A DNA stretch of 12,291 nt from Candidatus Thorarchaeota archaeon (GTDB taxonomy: Archaea; Asgardarchaeota; Thorarchaeia; Thorarchaeales; Thorarchaeaceae), in assembly GCA_029858305.1 (NCBI GenBank), contig JAOUFI010000067.1, positions 1-12,291 on the forward strand, written 5' to 3'. A model generated the notes under the pieces. It ran no database searches, was not told the origin of the DNA, and worked only from the letters and a program-made list of their open reading frames with translations. Every line of letters begins with the position of its first letter. The first letter of the stretch is position 1. Below, piece by piece: positions 8,487-12,291 of this stretch. Made by a program: the position numbers and the translations under genes.

Positions 8487-9574
8487 GTATCCTCACCTGC
8501 CGATACTGATTCTGCCTCGAGTACCAGCTCCTCTTCCTCTGAGTCAGAACTACTGTGTTCTACTTCATCCTTTACGTCAATACCTCGTTTCTCGAAGTAT
8601 TCCAACACGTCTGGCTCATGTTCCTTCTTGGTCTTGGAGTCCGTGTAGAGACCACCCCAGCCCACTACTACATCCACATCAAACTCAGGAAGCCCTGCGT
8701 TGTCCTGCAACTCAATCTTGCGGACATCGGCCTTGGTCCTACGAGTGTAGAATCTATAGTCGCTTGCGTGGCTGATTATATGGCCTCCTACGGGTGCGTT
8801 CGGATTGCCGCCATAGCTGGATATTTTCGCCATGACCTGGTTTGTGTATGCAAAGATAGCCTCAGTTGCAGTAGCGGTGCGGCGCATCTGATTGAGGAGG
8901 GCGTTCATGTCTTGTTGACGAATCCGCATTGATTCAAGACCCGTGTACTCAGCTCTGAAGAGACCAGTGAAGCTGTCAATCACAACTAGCTTGTAGTTCT
9001 GCTCAGCACACAATTGGGGAATGCTCTCAAAAATCTCTGTAATCTGACCGGAGAGGACAATCTCAGCACGGCCAATATTTCCTAAGGCAATGTCTGGGTC
9101 TAGACCGAATCTGACTGCATTTGCTCGTATAACCCAAGGCTTGAAGCTAGACTCAGTATCAAGCCAGAGCACCCTGCCCTCAAGACCACCTTTGTCATGT
9201 GGGAGTTGAGCCATCACAGCCAGCTGGGAGACCCATTGCGTCTTTCCTCCTCTGGCAGGTCCAAAAATTTCAACAATGGAGCCGACCTCTATTCCTCCCA
9301 GAAGACATTCATCTATCTTACCAACTCCTGTCTTCAAGCGAGGCTTAGTGGCCATCTCCTGCTCGATCTCGAGTCCTGACCTGAATCCGAACTTCCCAAC
9401 AAGCTGCCGAGCATTCTTCACGATTTTCTCAGTTGTTCCTTCTCCTAATTTTGTTCGTTTGAGTAGTTCAACTGGATTCTGAACTGCTAGTAGTTCTGCT
9501 GTTGTGACATATGCTTCTTTGAGTTTTTTAGCCACAGCTGGGCCAACGCCAGGAACAGCCTCTAGTTCAGTCAT
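8483..9574 (-). CDS. radA: RadA/Rad51-family recombinase paralog with N-terminal HhH domain and acidic tail (363 aa)
   Basis: N-terminal LEAVPGVGPAVAKKL (HhH), LLGGIEVGSIVEIFG, Walker A GPARGGKTQ, QLPHDKGGLEG, DTESSF, Walker B LVVIDS, FRAEY, TNQV and PVGGHIISH. Strong SD GGAGGTGA. Probably a paralog rather than the housekeeping RadA. Confidence 0.93.
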   Translation of the reverse strand: MTELEAVPGVGPAVAKKLKEAYVTTAELLAVQNPVELLKRTKLGEGTTEKIVKNARQLVGKFGFRSGLEIEQEMATKPRLKTGVGKIDECLLGGIEVGSIVEIFGPARGGKTQWVSQLAVMAQLPHDKGGLEGRVLWLDTESSFKPWVIRANAVRFGLDPDIALGNIGRAEIVLSGQITEIFESIPQLCAEQNYKLVVIDSFTGLFRAEYTGLESMRIRQQDMNALLNQMRRTATATEAIFAYTNQVMAKISSYGGNPNAPVGGHIISHASDYRFYTRRTKADVRKIELQDNAGLPEFDVDVVVGWGGLYTDSKTKKEHEPDVLEYFEKRGIDVKDEVEHSSSDSEEEELVLEAESVSAGEDT

Positions 9575-10038
9575 GGGGTCACCTCCAATTCAACCTGTTC
9601 AGCAACTGGTCCTTCTAGGGGTACAAGGCGAACGAAGGCGGGAATGTCATATGGAGGAATAACGATGTCCCCATGAGACCTGAACAAGGTCAGCCCCTTT
9701 AGAAGTCGAGAAACCTCCTCTTGCCTATCAATTGGGACCCTGAAGTAAAGTCCTTCGGGGCACACTTCGCCCACGATGCTCACCCACCCACCGAGCGCAT
9801 CATACGCACTACCAATGAGACCATCTCCGTGGATAGGACTTGTGCCGGGCTCTGCAGGTGTGATTTCGCCAATCATTCGAATCATTTCATAGATATCATT
9901 GACAAAATCTCTCCATAGCCACTCAGGCGTTCGTGAGCCCACAATCTGCAGACCAGCAGCAGCACCTGCAAGCCAGGACGCCTGTGGCAAGTTGAATGCA
10001 TCTCGTGGAACGCTGAAAATAATATCATCAATCATCAA
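9571..10038 (-). CDS. Hypothetical protein (154-155 aa; start TTG 10038 or ATG 10035)
   Basis: SD GAGGAGGT at 10050-10057, 1-nt gap from the upstream stop, ATGA overlap with radA. Confidence 0.82.
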   Translation of the reverse strand: MMIDDIIFSVPRDAFNLPQASWLAGAAAGLQIVGSRTPEWLWRDFVNDIYEMIRMIGEITPAEPGTSPIHGDGLIGSAYDALGGWVSIVGEVCPEGLYFRVPIDRQEEVSRLLKGLTLFRSHGDIVIPPYDIPAFVRLVPLEGPVAEQVELEVTP

Positions 10039-10039
10039 A

Positions 10040-10792
10040 CTAGATCTCTACCTCCTCGCTAACTTGTACACTACTCATGACCTGCGGGAGTGGTCTCAGT
10101 GATGCGAGCCAATCCTTCAGGCCTAGAATCATCGGATCTTTCAACTGACTTACGGTAAGTACCGATGAAAGAAGTGCCTGAGATGCAATCACGATTCGCT
10201 GAAGTCCAATCGCGCGGTCTGAATAGCTCAGGGGGGCGAACCAGGGCATAGTCGTAAAACCAGTTTCACCTGCCAGCATCTCTCTCCAGTCTATATTCCA
10301 GAGACCAACAACTGGATCACGGGCTAAGATTCCAAGGAGTACATCTGTCCATTCGGTCCATCGTTTCATGAAAGTAGTGACAGCTGAAGAAAGTGCCTTC
10401 AGACTCCCTCCTTTCCGTTCTGCCAGACCTTCGAAGACCAAAATGAATCGAGTCACTTCTTCTCTAGATATCGCGCTGAGCACCACGCCATTATTGACAG
10501 ACTGTGCAAGCAGAGCAAGACCCGGCACAAGGCCTGGTATGTCACAAAGCTGATATCGTCCCTTGCGCTCAAAATTGACTCTCTCAAATGGAGCAAGGAT
10601 ATCACTCCTTAGACCAACTATTAGAATGAGATTTGCATCCCTCTCAGGTCCGTCATATCGAAGTTTTGCTGTAATGATACTTCGATCGGTGTTGCTGAAC
10701 ATTACTTGAAGAGCGAGTGTGACATCTACCGTAGAATGTGCCTTCACATCCTTAACCGCAGCGGCTAGTTGTTCGTCAAGTTGCGTGATCAT
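10040..10792 (-). CDS. Hypothetical protein, first gene of the operon (~250 aa, MITQLDEQ...)
   Basis: Long ORF coupled to the downstream gene. ATG 10792 is preferred over GTG 10864 because the 24-codon extension is Cys-rich, atypical and overlaps a palindrome. No family recognised. Confidence 0.8.
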   Translation of the reverse strand: MITQLDEQLAAAVKDVKAHSTVDVTLALQVMFSNTDRSIITAKLRYDGPERDANLILIVGLRSDILAPFERVNFERKGRYQLCDIPGLVPGLALLAQSVNNGVVLSAISREEVTRFILVFEGLAERKGGSLKALSSAVTTFMKRWTEWTDVLLGILARDPVVGLWNIDWREMLAGETGFTTMPWFAPLSYSDRAIGLQRIVIASQALLSSVLTVSQLKDPMILGLKDWLASLRPLPQVMSSVQVSEEVEI

Positions 10793-10802
10793 CTCATGCA
10801 CC

Positions 10803-10823
10803 GTACACGAACAACAAGTGTAC
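10803..10823. promoter_or_regulatory. Candidate operator palindrome GTACAC-N9-GTGTAC
   Basis: Perfect 6-bp inverted repeat with a 9-nt spacer, 10 nt upstream of the probable first start codon of the operon. Confidence 0.4.
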
Positions 10824-11044
10824 AAACATAATTCAACCCTTTCAGAGAGATAGAAGCCCACCACAGATAGCGTGAGAAAGATTTACCAGATTTTAACGCG
10901 CGATGGCTGCTTAATCCCCCATAATAGAGCCCCGTCTCGTACAAAGAGTTACCATGGAGGACTTCTAGGAGGGTAGAGATGACCATTCTGCACGAATTTG
11001 GCTTAGCCTCATCGATATGAAAAGATCATATGAGAAAATGAGAT

Positions 11045-11064
11045 GGCTGCAGTTTCCTGCAGCC
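11045..11064 (-). terminator. Hairpin GGCTGCAG-GAAA-CTGCAGCC followed by pyrimidine/T-rich tracts, likely end of the tfb transcript
   Basis: Perfect 8-bp stem with a GNRA loop on the minus strand, 10 nt after the tfb stop, followed by ATCTCATTTTCTCATATGATCTTTTC. Confidence 0.6.
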
Positions 11065-11074
11065 CAAATTAAAC

Positions 11075-12079
11075 CTATACAGCTATAGCCATTGCTTCTG
11101 GAGCAATGGTCAAGTTTAGTCTTGATACAAGTTCTTTGTACCTATTTCGAATCGTGACTTCGGTAACTCCTGATATTCTTGAGATGTCGCGCTGCGTCAC
11201 TCTGCAATCATTGATTATCGCTGCTACATAGATTGCGGCAGCTGCGAGTCCTCTTGGATCGCGACCCGTTACTAGTCCACGTACTTCCTTTGCCCTCTCT
11301 AGGATATCCATGGTTGTGCACTGAACCTCTGTGGGCAGGTGAAGCTCTGAGATGAATCTTGGGACATACATTGCTGGGCTCGATATAGGCATCCTGAGCT
11401 TTAGCTTTGTCACGAGCATCCTATAGTGTGCTGAGATCTTCTTTTTGTTCTCCCTAGAATGTTCTGCTATCTCTTCAATTGAACGGGGTGATCCCCTGTG
11501 CCTGCAGGCAGCATATACAGCCGCTGCGGCAGTAGCGTCGATACTTCGACTCCGCCAGAGTCTTCCCGCAATGAGTTTGCGATACATGCGCGCTGCATCC
11601 TCTTTGAGGCTTTGTGACATCCCTAACTGTGATGATAAGCGATCAATCTCGGTCATGGCTTGAGCCAAGTTCCTATCGAGCGAGCTGTGTACTCTTGTCC
11701 TTATCTGCCATTTTCGCAGTCGATAAATCTGAGCTCGTTGTTTTGCACTAAATGAGCCACCTTTTCCATCACGGTCTCTCCAATCAATGGTCGTGCTGAG
11801 ACCCTTATCATGCATCGCGTAACTCTCTGGCGCACCAGTTCTTGACCGTGTGTCTCGCTCATCCGAGGTGAATGCACGCCACTCTGGACCTGAATCTATA
11901 CGGTGGTCGCTTAGCACGAGACCGCATTTTGCACAGATCAGTTCACCCTTCTCATTATCCCTGACAACCTCGACTCCCCCGCACTCGGGGCAAGAAACGT
12001 TTTGGGTGCCTATTGTTCCTAATTCCTCTCTTCCTTCCAATGTGTTGCTAGACATTTCTGCACTTGTTCCCTCCAGCAT
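11075..12079 (-). CDS. tfb: Transcription initiation factor IIB (TFB) paralog, full length (alternative start ATG 12055)
   Basis: Zn ribbon CPECG...CAKCG, B-reader DSGPEWRAF, RTGAP...HDKGLSTTI, RLRKWQ, two cyclin repeats and the C-terminal HTH TQRDIS..GVTEVTIRNRYKEL. Confidence 0.97.
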   Translation of the reverse strand: MLEGTSAEMSSNTLEGREELGTIGTQNVSCPECGGVEVVRDNEKGELICAKCGLVLSDHRIDSGPEWRAFTSDERDTRSRTGAPESYAMHDKGLSTTIDWRDRDGKGGSFSAKQRAQIYRLRKWQIRTRVHSSLDRNLAQAMTEIDRLSSQLGMSQSLKEDAARMYRKLIAGRLWRSRSIDATAAAAVYAACRHRGSPRSIEEIAEHSRENKKKISAHYRMLVTKLKLRMPISSPAMYVPRFISELHLPTEVQCTTMDILERAKEVRGLVTGRDPRGLAAAAIYVAAIINDCRVTQRDISRISGVTEVTIRNRYKELVSRLNLTIAPEAMAIAV

Positions 12080-12143
12080 CCCGAATTGACCTGAGGGTCC
12101 GGGCCCCCTCGATTTTGGTGGTGGTATCTTCTTTCGTTTTTAA

Positions 12144-12291
12144 TCACGGTGCCATTGTGATATTCAGTTTCTGAACGAGTTCTTTGTAGCGATTCCGGAC
12201 GGTGACCTCTGTCACACCTGCCGCCATGGCGATGTCACGCTGGGTCACACGGTGGTCTGTGAGAATACTTGCAATATAGATGGCAGCTGCT
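12144..12291 (-). CDS. tfb: 3' end of a second TFB paralog (partial; not in the ORF track)
   Basis: Manual translation from 12290 gives [48 protein letters not shown] with TGA at 12144-12146. This is the TFB C-terminal HTH signature. Confidence 0.93.
   Translation of the reverse strand, partial: AAAIYIASILTDHRVTQRDIAMAAGVTEVTVRNRYKELVQKLNITMAP

Noticed and set aside
10809-10823. GAAC-N7-GTAC resembling an alphaproteobacterial LexA box
   Set aside because: The context is archaeal and no LexA is visible. The match is short and is explained by the GTACAC palindrome.
10793-10864. Cys-rich N-terminal extension (CLYTCCSC) of the 274-aa ORF as a metal-binding motif
   Set aside because: The cysteines derive from the TG-rich palindrome region, and ATG 10792 is the more plausible start.
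10789-10986. 65-aa minus-strand ORF in the tfb-operon intergenic region
   Set aside because: No motif or clear SD, and it covers the presumed promoter and palindrome. Its stop does overlap ATG 10792 (ATGA), so it cannot be fully excluded as a leader gene, but support is insufficient.
1414-12089. About 25 short plus-strand ORFs in the ORF track (60-149 aa) and the nested minus-strand ORF 3626-3829
   Set aside because: All lie antisense to, or out of frame within, well-supported genes, and none has recognisable motifs. They are shadow ORFs.
12093-12110. GAGGG-N8-CCCTC hairpin between the two tfb genes
   Set aside because: Only a 5-bp stem with no following T-tract on the coding strand. Too weak to call.
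1-12291. Integrated conjugative element, provirus or CRISPR (type IV DinG) interpretation
   Set aside because: No integrase, relaxase, capsid, transposase, cas gene, att-like repeat or repeat-spacer array is visible, and the VirB4-like protein lacks catalytic motifs. Flanking sequence would be needed to exclude it fully.

Overview
Archaeal DNA, possibly Asgard/Thorarchaeota-like (an inference from protein style, not a search). All credible genes are on the minus strand. In transcription order (right to left): the 3' end of one TFB gene (12144-12291, missed by the ORF track), a second full-length TFB paralog, a GAAA-tetraloop hairpin, and a ~280-bp intergenic region with a GTACAC-N9-GTGTAC palindrome. 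Next comes a tightly coupled operon of at least 10 genes: two unknown proteins, a divergent RadA/Rad51 paralog, a Zn-ribbon/winged-helix protein, an unknown protein, an XPD/Rad3 Fe-S helicase, a 2-TM membrane protein, a small unknown protein, a membrane-anchored HerA/VirB4/CedB-like protein with degenerate Walker motifs and a C-terminal winged helix, and a Hel308/Ski2-like helicase with an inserted SWIM zinc finger. An eleventh gene probably starts at position 16 and runs off the window. Best hypothesis (inference): an uncharacterised membrane-linked DNA uptake/exchange-and-recombination or damage-response system, possibly controlled by the adjacent alternative TFBs. No rRNA, tRNA, CRISPR array, transposase or integrase was seen.
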